Position numbers and translations under genes: made by a program | Part shown: positions 18,783 through 26,622 of the stretch, one piece after another | Layout of the letters: the number at the start of each line of letters is the position of its first letter | Numbering within the stretch: the first letter of the stretch is position 1 | Assembly: GCA_030637655.1 (NCBI GenBank) | Contig: DAOWGI010000037.1 | Span: forward strand, 1-27,356 | Origin: a candidate division FCPU426 bacterium | Lineage (GTDB): Bacteria; Oederibacteriota; JAAXVQ01; JAUVAV01 | DNA: 27,356 nt | Direction of reading: 5' to 3' | Notes under the pieces: generated by a model | Seen by the model: only the letters and a program-made list of their open reading frames with translations | What the model was told of the DNA's origin: nothing | The model's database searches: none

Positions 18783-19808
18783 TTACTTGGTAATGACTAC
18801 ACGCCGCAGCTTGTTTTTTTGCGTTCGGCCGTTATGGCCGCGGACCACAACTTGATACATATAAATACCCGGAGCAATATCACGAATATTCCAGGTGGTT
18901 CTGCGGTTAATCTGTCCGCTCTTGTTACTGTCTTCCAGGTGAGCCACTTTGTAGCCCAGGGTATTATAAATTTCAATACTAATATCTGCCGGTGATACCA
19001 AAGAATACATAAACGTCACTTGATCGCCGCCGGCAGGATTCGGAAAAGCAATCGCATCACCGTGCGGCACCGGCCAGGGAGTGATAGTGAGCGTCTGCGT
19101 GATGGTCGGGGTAACGGTATAAGTGGGAGTAATGGTGTAGGTGGAGGTAAAAGTCTCGGTAATGGTGGATGTCTTGGTAATGGTGTAAGTGGGGGTAATG
19201 GTCGGCGTATTGGTTTTCGTGGCTGTGATCACGTCCAGAGAAATATCGTCCACATGAATGTAACTAGGATCGTCGGTGGGATCGTCGTACGCGCGAAAAC
19301 GGAGCAAGACATTCTGATCACTGTAGCTGCTCAATTCGACATACTTCTCTACTAACGTCCAGCCCGGAGTGGGATCAAACTGAACAAAAGAGCCGTCGCC
19401 TTGCTCCCGGACCAGCTCGACTCCCTGAAAATGAGCATCCATATATAAATAACTTCCAAACACAGACTTAGCATACCACTCATAATAAAAAGTTAGCGTA
19501 CTGCCAAGAGCATCACGTGGAATATGCACGGTTTGCTGAATCCAAGAGGAGGTGTATCCACCTAAGCTATTGCCGGGCGCTACCACAATAGGTCCAGAGG
19601 TGGCATCATGCTGGATGGCTGTATGGATAAAGGGATTGAAAGAAGCCGGATTTCCATTAGTAATCCAGCCCGGAATACCACCGGAAGGGCCTGGCGTGGG
19701 TGTTAAAAAGTCGCCATTTACAATTAATTCCAGGGCTGAAGCAGAGCCGGAAAACAGGCCCAATACTCCAGCTAAAACAACAATGGCACAAAAATGTTTA
19801 ATAGTCAT
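18783..19808 (-). CDS. Secreted protein: CBM-like beta-sandwich, Thr/Pro linker, T9SS-like C-terminal domain
   Basis: Signal peptide ending SASA. ELIVNGDF...GW...DDISL. TPTITPT-type linker. CTD AFPNP...IEIYN..G..V...GIYMY...VVITK. Confidence 0.8.
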   Translation of the reverse strand: MTIKHFCAIVVLAGVLGLFSGSASALELIVNGDFLTPTPGPSGGIPGWITNGNPASFNPFIHTAIQHDATSGPIVVAPGNSLGGYTSSWIQQTVHIPRDALGSTLTFYYEWYAKSVFGSYLYMDAHFQGVELVREQGDGSFVQFDPTPGWTLVEKYVELSSYSDQNVLLRFRAYDDPTDDPSYIHVDDISLDVITATKTNTPTITPTYTITKTSTITETFTSTYTITPTYTVTPTITQTLTITPWPVPHGDAIAFPNPAGGDQVTFMYSLVSPADISIEIYNTLGYKVAHLEDSNKSGQINRRTTWNIRDIAPGIYMYQVVVRGHNGRTQKNKLRRVVITK

Positions 19809-19837
19809 GGTTTTAACCCCTTCAGGTTACTGGTATA

Positions 19838-19866
19838 AGTATATCCGATTTTCATCAAATGCTCAA
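19838..19866 (-). promoter_or_regulatory. Putative sigma70-type promoter for 18783-19808
   Basis: Minus strand TTGAGC-17 bp-TATACT. Same GATATACTTA -10 context as the giant-gene promoter. Confidence 0.45.
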
Positions 19867-19968
19867 GTCAGGGTTTGGTTTAATCTGAGTTTGGTTTAAT
19901 CCACTGGAATTGTTTTCTGTGATAATTTAGACTTCAACAAACTGTCTTTGGTTCCTTATGGGAGAGGA

Positions 19969-20104
19969 CTATTTGATAACCGCCACTTTGACAAAAGCTT
20001 TGAAGCTGTCAGCCAACATATTCCTTGCCATACACCAGGGTCTTGATCAGATTGCCGTTTACATTATAGATTTTAATGGTAGTCTTGGCTGTTTCTGCCT
20101 GGCA
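19969..20104 (-). pseudogene. Degenerate remnant of a T9SS-like/FlgD-type C-terminal domain
   Basis: Minus strand reads AETAKTTIKIYNVNGNLIKTLVYGKEY, then in a shifted frame LADSFKAFVKVAVIK-TAG. These match the start and end of the CTDs of the flanking genes, with the middle missing. Confidence 0.6.
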
Positions 20105-20119
20105 CTACAAACTTTTCCA

Positions 20120-22753
20120 TTAACGTACTAGAGCCAGTTTTTTAGTCAGAGTTTCATGAACCCCACCCACAGAAGCATCCACTTTATAAAAATAGACTCC
20201 ATTGGCCATGCCTGAAGCGTTCCATACCCATTCATTCCAGTCTTCATGATAATGGTCTTCTTGTGACCAGACAAATGACCCGTTTGACGCATAAATAGTA
20301 ATCTTCACTTTCGCGCCCTGCTGTAAAAAGAATTTAAAGCGCACGAGAGTACTTTTGGCAGGATTGGGATAACAATAAAAATATCTTTTCTCAATAATTC
20401 TGCCTTCAAATCCATCTATATGCATTCTGGGGGTAATGGTAGGTGTGGGTGTTAAGGTCGGAGTGGTGGTTGGAGAACACACTGGTGTAAGCGTTGAAGT
20501 AGGAGTAATTGTAGGCGTATTGCCGTTTATCCTGGCGTTCAAACAAAATGAGGAAGAATTGTTATTATTATCTGTAGCAATAGCACTGACATATTGACCA
20601 GGATATAGTCCGGAAGGTACAAAACTCCACACACCAATTCCATCAGCCATAGCAGATCCAAGCGCATATATCGCACCGCCATGATTGCCAGCTCCCTCGT
20701 CGGCTAGGAAAAGCTCTATATAATTACCAGGCTGCGCAGTACCGTTGATCGCATAAATGTCCGAGAATGTGATCAACGGTGCTGCTTTATTTTCATTGGC
20801 ACCATCATTAGCCAGCCAGATTCCCTCATTTGAAATGGCTGTTATGGTATTATTGAAAAAAGCATTTCTATCCGTATCCAATCCTGCTAGTCTTATTCCA
20901 TCTGTACTATTTGAAACAATGTTACCCGGCCCGTTTTGCACGCCTATCCAATTATCCTGCGCACTGGAAGAAATACTTATTGCACAGGTAAAAGTGTCTG
21001 AAGCAGGGAAATCACCAGGCAGTAATCCCAGTGTATTTCCTGCTATGGTATTCCCTTGAGAATCAGCGCCATTAAGAATAATACCATAAGTATCCCCAAC
21101 AATGATATTACCCTGGCCAGGACTTGTGCCACCGAGTAGACATGAACTGGTATCCAGCATACGAATCCCGGCATTGCTATTTTTCAATGCGCCTGTCCCG
21201 GCCGCGTTGACTCCAATATAATTTCCCTGTACCAAATGCCCGGTTGTACTTTCCATATTAATTCCGCAATCTGTATTAGCAGAAATAATGTTGCGCAGAG
21301 ATGTTTGTGAGCTTCCAATACAAGTCCCGGTATTCCCTTGCACTATGGAAATACCAACAGCATTGGGAATAGCAACATCTCCAGCAACATTGAGACCTAT
21401 GGTGTTGCCATTAATACTATTTCCTATACCGCCGGACAATAATATCCCAGCACCACTGGTTTGACCGGAGATAACATTCCCCTGGAGATTGGAGAGTATA
21501 GCATTGGACCCCCCAATTAAATTCCCTTTCCCTCCTGTCACCTGAATGCCAATTGTATTCCCCACCACACCCATGCCAGTTGGATCTGTTCCAATATAAT
21601 TGCCACTGATGGTATTGCCATAGCCGTTCATTTCAATACCTATATTATTTCCAGAAATAACGTTGCGTTCGTACAAATTAGTATTTTGTCCTCCGCCGAT
21701 CAAGTTACTCGCGGCATTTTTAAACCAAACACCTTTATCATTAGCGATCTTGACTCCGCTGGGATTGATTCCAATCAGATTGTTTTGTAGCTTATTGAGA
21801 TATGGGGTGGGGTTTGTGCCTGTAAAGTAAATTCCGCAAATGGAATTACCAGCAATATCATTGCCATAACCAACTTGTGGCAGCCCAATAAAGTTATTAG
21901 CAGCACAAGTTAAATAAATGCCGTAACTATTAGGAATAGCAGCTGTTTGAGACGCATTTAATCCGATGATGTTGCCACAAATACTATTTCCTCTGCACTC
22001 TGAAGAAAGTGTCTCATATAGATATATACCAATATAATTTCCCGAAATTAAATTGCCTTCCCCTAAATTGAAGTTACCGCCAACTTTAACTAGGTTAGAC
22101 GAAGAAAGTGATATACCGTATCTTTGAAAACTGTTTGGCAATGTCCCACTAGCATTTGTACCAATATAATTACCAATAATTTTATTGCCTGTACTACTTA
22201 TGATACCACACTGGTTTGCTGAAATAACATTTCTTTCACTGGTTAAAGTGCCGCCAATAGTATTATCTGAACGCTCATACCGTATATAAATTCCGCTTGT
22301 GTTTCCCCGGGGATTATCCGACCAATCTATACCAATAGCACAACCTGAAATTGTATTATTACTTGAATTAACAAATATGCCATAACCCGAAGTAACAACT
22401 GAGATGTTTTTTATAACACTTCCATCACTGCCAGAGTCTAGTTTGAGAGTTTGTACAGCCGGAGAAGTATTGGTCGGTCCTCCTATTACCTGGGTTTTTC
22501 CTCCATCTATAATGATTGGGCTTATAATATTAAGCGGAGTATAGGCTGTAATGGAATTCGAACCAGGAACATTAAAAGTAATTACTTGAACACCTGTTGT
22601 GGTATTAGACGCAGCTATAGCTTCACGTAAAGTCCCTAATCCGCTATCCTCGCGACTGGTAACAATAAAGGTTTCAGCTTGGGCGGGTAATACCGAAAAG
22701 CAATACAAAATCACAGACATTATCAATAATATTATCTTCTTATAAATAAACAT
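20120..22753 (-). CDS. Large secreted parallel beta-helix repeat protein with Thr/Pro linker and T9SS-like CTD
   Basis: Signal peptide ending AQA. CSLREA-like cap (VTSREDSGLGTLREAI). Repeated GNxISGN / GNYIGT motifs. CTD YCYPNP...ITIYA..G...GVYFY...KKLALVR. Confidence 0.85.
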   Translation of the reverse strand: MFIYKKIILLIMSVILYCFSVLPAQAETFIVTSREDSGLGTLREAIAASNTTTGVQVITFNVPGSNSITAYTPLNIISPIIIDGGKTQVIGGPTNTSPAVQTLKLDSGSDGSVIKNISVVTSGYGIFVNSSNNTISGCAIGIDWSDNPRGNTSGIYIRYERSDNTIGGTLTSERNVISANQCGIISSTGNKIIGNYIGTNASGTLPNSFQRYGISLSSSNLVKVGGNFNLGEGNLISGNYIGIYLYETLSSECRGNSICGNIIGLNASQTAAIPNSYGIYLTCAANNFIGLPQVGYGNDIAGNSICGIYFTGTNPTPYLNKLQNNLIGINPSGVKIANDKGVWFKNAASNLIGGGQNTNLYERNVISGNNIGIEMNGYGNTISGNYIGTDPTGMGVVGNTIGIQVTGGKGNLIGGSNAILSNLQGNVISGQTSGAGILLSGGIGNSINGNTIGLNVAGDVAIPNAVGISIVQGNTGTCIGSSQTSLRNIISANTDCGINMESTTGHLVQGNYIGVNAAGTGALKNSNAGIRMLDTSSCLLGGTSPGQGNIIVGDTYGIILNGADSQGNTIAGNTLGLLPGDFPASDTFTCAISISSSAQDNWIGVQNGPGNIVSNSTDGIRLAGLDTDRNAFFNNTITAISNEGIWLANDGANENKAAPLITFSDIYAINGTAQPGNYIELFLADEGAGNHGGAIYALGSAMADGIGVWSFVPSGLYPGQYVSAIATDNNNNSSSFCLNARINGNTPTITPTSTLTPVCSPTTTPTLTPTPTITPRMHIDGFEGRIIEKRYFYCYPNPAKSTLVRFKFFLQQGAKVKITIYASNGSFVWSQEDHYHEDWNEWVWNASGMANGVYFYKVDASVGGVHETLTKKLALVR

Positions 22754-22808
22754 ACGGTTTATAGGTCCCTCCTTATAAAGTAAGCCTATTAACTACGCAG
22801 TCCTCGGA

Positions 22809-23762
22809 CTATCGAAATCTCATAAAAATCGAAAAACGATGCTGGTGAAATCCCAGTTCACTAAAATCATAAATAAAAGCATAATCAATTTCATATATTT
22901 CCACGCGATAAGACGCGCCCATTGATAATTCCCTGCTATTAAACCCACTGCTAAACCCACTGCGAAATCCCAATGATTTTGTATACCAATATTCTGCGCC
23001 AACATGACCACCGAGCCTATAATATTCTGAAAAATCAAAATCCAAGGTTGTAATCAGGTGATTGAAAAAAATCACATCCTTGGAAGGAAGAAATTTCAAC
23101 GCTGTTCCCAGCTTCACATTAATCAAGCCCTTGTCAACATGTTGGCTGTCGGTTTGCCAATAGAGCTGTTGGGCAATATTTTGAATATTGATTCCTAAAG
23201 TATGATCCCAATATAGAACAGGCTGCCAGATTGCACCCACATCAAACCCAAAGCCTATTGCTTTGTGTTCTAAAATGGATTGATGAAATATCTTAATATT
23301 CCCTCCAAGGTACAACCCTTTAACCAGATCAAAACTATTTCTTCCATAACTGATAATAAAAGTGTTTTCCATACTGTTAAAGGATTGTGTCATTTCTCCC
23401 ATTTCATCACGACCCTCAATATCCAAAATACTATAATTAATCCAGGAAAAAGCGAATGATCCGGCATTGGGAATCTTGAAAGCATAGGACCCGTAATAGG
23501 AGTGTATATCCGGAACAACCATAGCATACTGCAAACCCAGGTAGTAGAGATACAACTGCATCTGACCCAAACCAGCCGGATTCCAGTAAACTGTGGTTAT
23601 GTCATCGGCCAGAGCTACGAATCCTCCGCCCATTCCAATTGCTCGTGCTCCAATACCTCTGGATAGTGTGACGGTTGAACCAAAGTTATTACCTTCTGCT
23701 GCTACAAAACCGGAATACAATGCAAGATAAACAAGAACTATTGTAATTACTATTCTTTTCAT
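22809..23762 (-). CDS. PorV/PorQ-family outer-membrane beta-barrel protein
   Basis: Motifs GIGARAIGMGG, YWNPAGL, FGFDVG, IDYAF, HRFS. Signal peptide present. Confidence 0.85.
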   Translation of the reverse strand: MKRIVITIVLVYLALYSGFVAAEGNNFGSTVTLSRGIGARAIGMGGGFVALADDITTVYWNPAGLGQMQLYLYYLGLQYAMVVPDIHSYYGSYAFKIPNAGSFAFSWINYSILDIEGRDEMGEMTQSFNSMENTFIISYGRNSFDLVKGLYLGGNIKIFHQSILEHKAIGFGFDVGAIWQPVLYWDHTLGINIQNIAQQLYWQTDSQHVDKGLINVKLGTALKFLPSKDVIFFNHLITTLDFDFSEYYRLGGHVGAEYWYTKSLGFRSGFSSGFNSRELSMGASYRVEIYEIDYAFIYDFSELGFHQHRFSIFMRFR

Positions 23763-23806
23763 AGTGTCCCTTAATTAATTTGATAATAATATTTTCTGCT
23801 ATATTA

Positions 23807-24412
23807 TTATCTGGATCGGTTTATAATTGCAACTGCATAATCACTTATATCCCTGCTTAATCCTTCTACTTCAGCCAGACTTTTATCCTGATCTACAAGC
23901 TTTATCTGAAATACTCCTACCGGCGAACCGTTGGGTTCAACAATAATACCCTCCAGCCCAGTCCGTATTTTTTTTGCAGCTCCGGCGGCCATGATTATTT
24001 GGGTGACCCGCCCCCCCACTCTTTCAATTTCAAGTATTTCAGCTTTAATGCTGTCTATCGGCCCTTTTGTTTTGGGTTTTCTTACCATTACAGGATAGGA
24101 AGAATATTCGATTGTTTCTTTTATCTCTTGAGGATTATTACGCTTTTCTTTTATTTTACTTATTCCGGCCAAATAGGTTTCTGCTCGTTTGATCCTTTCG
24201 GAAGCTTTCGCAGAATCCGGATCAATCGCTAATACTACTTCCCATTCTGTAATTGCCTCGATAATGCGTCTTTGCTTATACAATTCATCACCTATGGCAA
24301 TATGTTTTCGAACAGCTCTTTCATATCCAGCATAGCATACTGCATAATTGCCAAGCAGAAAAATAAAAAGTAGTATAATGTGACTCATTTTATTTATTAT
24401 CTTTTGTTTCAT
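23807..24412 (-). CDS. Secreted protein with a TPR-like hairpin and a C-terminal beta domain
   Basis: Signal peptide. TPR-like GDELYKQRRIIEAITEWEVVLAIDPDSAKA. SD AAGGAGG. Confidence 0.75.
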   Translation of the reverse strand: MKQKIINKMSHIILLFIFLLGNYAVCYAGYERAVRKHIAIGDELYKQRRIIEAITEWEVVLAIDPDSAKASERIKRAETYLAGISKIKEKRNNPQEIKETIEYSSYPVMVRKPKTKGPIDSIKAEILEIERVGGRVTQIIMAAGAAKKIRTGLEGIIVEPNGSPVGVFQIKLVDQDKSLAEVEGLSRDISDYAVAIINRSR

Positions 24413-24454
24413 AGTGTCCTCCTTTACAAAAATAATTACTAATCAAAATACATC

Positions 24455-25591
24455 TCAATATAAATTAAATTTGTCCCTTCGTTTTTTTGCTAAAATCGAA
24501 ACCGGAATATTCATGTATACATAACGAAATGTTTGCAGGTCGACTTCTCCATTAGTATATTGTAAATTAGGATATATTTTTTCCAGCCCTTCCAGTGTAG
24601 CTTCATCCATAGTTCCATTTATTTCCGTGTCAAACCCATAAAGGTATAACCATTCCTGCAAACAAGCAATAATACTGGTTGTTGTCAGACTATAATAGTA
24701 TTGATCTATTTGATTCATAATTATTTTATCAGGTTTGGCATCCGGTCCAAGCAAACGCCAATAAGGCAGCATAAGGTGTTTACCCACTAATTGAATCATA
24801 CTGAGTTCCACCAGCAATCGAACGGCGGCGTGTCGGCCTTGTACTTTTTTAATACTTCCTCTCGCTCCAAAGGAAGGACCAAAAAGACTGATTCCAACTT
24901 CTCGTTCTGTTAAAGCCTTTCTGACCAGCATGGAATTAACTGTATTCATTTTTGCAATTCCGGTCATCGTTTGAAAATCCAAAAGATTAAAATCCAAGGT
25001 AATTCTGGCTAGTCCACTTTTCCGGGCGCTGCCATAACGCAATTCGGCAAAATTGGAAGGAATATCCTTTGGCAAACCTGTAAATTCCCCGCTTGCGTTT
25101 ATATCTGTATTAGATCCCTTTGTTTCCAGTCCACGGTCGAATTCTGTTATTCCGCCAGTAAGAACAACGTCGGGAATAATCTTATTTGAAAATGTGGAAT
25201 AACCAGTAATCATTTGATTTTGCATAAAAGACGGATCATATGGGATATATACTATATTGCCTCCAATCGTATTTAGGGCGCTTTTCATCATCTCAGTAAT
25301 ATCACGTGGGATTTCTCCTCCGGTAGCTGCGGAAGATCCTGTATTGTCACCTATAGGATTGCATTGAATCTTTAATGTCGGAGTACCGTAGATTTCGGAC
25401 ATCAAACCCAAATCATCCAACGCCTGCGTATATGATGTGATTGTCATATACGGCAAAGTCTCCTCTAATTCCAGATCGACCTGCCGCACATCCAAAGAGG
25501 AACAGGACAACTGCATTGTCCCCATTAAACCCAGAAGGAAATATCCTAAAATATTTCGAACTTTTATTTTTACCGTGTGTTTTTTGCTCAT
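24455..25591 (-). CDS. CsgG/HfaB-like outer-membrane secretion-channel lipoprotein with C-terminal peptidoglycan-binding-like domain
   Basis: Hydrophobic leader ending LSC (imperfect lipobox). CsgG-like order of elements: DNTG...ITEMMKSAL...PDVVLTGGITEFD, beta hairpin, ITLDFNLLD, second hairpin, AAVRLLVE. Tail LQEWLYLYGF...INGTMDEATLEGL resembles PG_binding_1. Confidence 0.7.
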   Translation of the reverse strand: MSKKHTVKIKVRNILGYFLLGLMGTMQLSCSSLDVRQVDLELEETLPYMTITSYTQALDDLGLMSEIYGTPTLKIQCNPIGDNTGSSAATGGEIPRDITEMMKSALNTIGGNIVYIPYDPSFMQNQMITGYSTFSNKIIPDVVLTGGITEFDRGLETKGSNTDINASGEFTGLPKDIPSNFAELRYGSARKSGLARITLDFNLLDFQTMTGIAKMNTVNSMLVRKALTEREVGISLFGPSFGARGSIKKVQGRHAAVRLLVELSMIQLVGKHLMLPYWRLLGPDAKPDKIIMNQIDQYYYSLTTTSIIACLQEWLYLYGFDTEINGTMDEATLEGLEKIYPNLQYTNGEVDLQTFRYVYMNIPVSILAKKRRDKFNLY

Positions 25592-25630
25592 AATAATCCT
25601 CGCTCGAAATAAGAACTTTTCATTCTTTTT

Positions 25631-26002
25631 CTATTTTTCAATTACAATATTATAGATTTTATCAACTTTACTGCCGGACTCAATAACAACACTATTTTGA
25701 TTGTTGTCTTGATTGCCATCCTTTATATTAGAAATTGTTGCGTTGTTTTTTTTGCCATTTTCATTTTCTTCTATTGCTTTATTTTTTTTCTTTTCCATTG
25801 CTTCTTTTTCCGCCATTTTTGCTTTGGCTATGGCATCCACGATGATGAAGTTGATATTTGTATCTTTATCACCGAGTTTTTCTTCTGTTGTAATCGGTTC
25901 TTCAGTATATTCTGATATCCCATCGCTTAAATCACTAGCAAACAGGCTGCTTGGTAGAAACAAACCCAGTAATGCGGCAATACCCATGGTTTTTATTTTC
26001 AT
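25631..26002 (-). CDS. Small secreted accessory protein (123 aa) with an Asn-rich, repeat-like C-terminus
   Basis: ATG 26002 follows AAGGAAGTG. Signal peptide ending LFA. The C-terminus NQDNNQNSVVIE resembles the end of the upstream repeat protein (NKNSVVLK). Confidence 0.75.
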   Translation of the reverse strand: MKIKTMGIAALLGLFLPSSLFASDLSDGISEYTEEPITTEEKLGDKDTNINFIIVDAIAKAKMAEKEAMEKKKNKAIEENENGKKNNATISNIKDGNQDNNQNSVVIESGSKVDKIYNIVIEK

Positions 26003-26045
26003 TGGTGTCACTTCCTTTTCTATTAACATCCTCATATAAAGCGTT

Positions 26046-26084
26046 CCATGAGCCGGCAATAGTATAATCATCACCGGCTCATGG
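26046..26084. terminator. 11-bp perfect stem-loop after the four-repeat gene (mRNA stabiliser or partial terminator)
   Basis: CCATGAGCCGG-17 nt-CCGGCTCATGG. No poly-U tail. Confidence 0.5.
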
Positions 26085-26099
26085 TCTCGTGTTTTCTTA

Positions 26100-26597
26100 T
26101 TACTCAGTTTCTATTGCTCCCATAACTGCTTCACTATCTTCACCAATAGCCATATTTGCGCCTTCTTTAATGTCCACACTATTGCTGATTGTGCCTGAGA
26201 CATCAGCGTTGTTTAGATTAACTATTCCCATACTGGCTTTTGAATTTTTTCCTACTGCTATATTAGCTGCTTTATTCACATTCACAGAATTGGAAACAGT
26301 ACCTTTAATATTTGAATTTTTCATGGCAACAGATCCCATTTCAGCTTTGGAGTCGTCACCAATTGCAATATTCGCGCCTTGTTTAACGGTTACTTTGTTG
26401 GATATGGTTCCACTTGCTTTCGTATTGTTCAATTTCATGGTACCCATTTTTGCTTTTGCGCCTTTTCCCACCGCAATATTTCCGCCCTGCTTGACATCCA
26501 CTTTATTACTCAATTTACCACTAATGTTATTCTTTGCTGCCATAGCGCTGCCTGCCATCATTAAAAACGCGATTGATAATACAATTAATCTTTTCAT
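26100..26597 (-). CDS. Secreted protein made of four 36-aa Asn/Gly beta repeats; candidate major fibre (functional amyloid-like) subunit
   Basis: 20-aa signal peptide ending AMA, plus 4 x 36 aa plus 1 residue = 165 aa. Consensus xNxxhxGxhSNxVxVxxxxNhAhGxxSxAxMGxhxh. SD AAGGAG. Confidence 0.85.
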   Translation of the reverse strand: MKRLIVLSIAFLMMAGSAMAAKNNISGKLSNKVDVKQGGNIAVGKGAKAKMGTMKLNNTKASGTISNKVTVKQGANIAIGDDSKAEMGSVAMKNSNIKGTVSNSVNVNKAANIAVGKNSKASMGIVNLNNADVSGTISNSVDIKEGANMAIGEDSEAVMGAIETE

Positions 26598-26622
26598 TTT
26601 TTTCTCCTTTAATTTTTATTAT

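Noticed and set aside
26003-26074. Longer N-terminus of the small accessory gene
   Set aside because: The extension overlaps the hairpin. ATG 26002 has the SD and begins a normal signal peptide.
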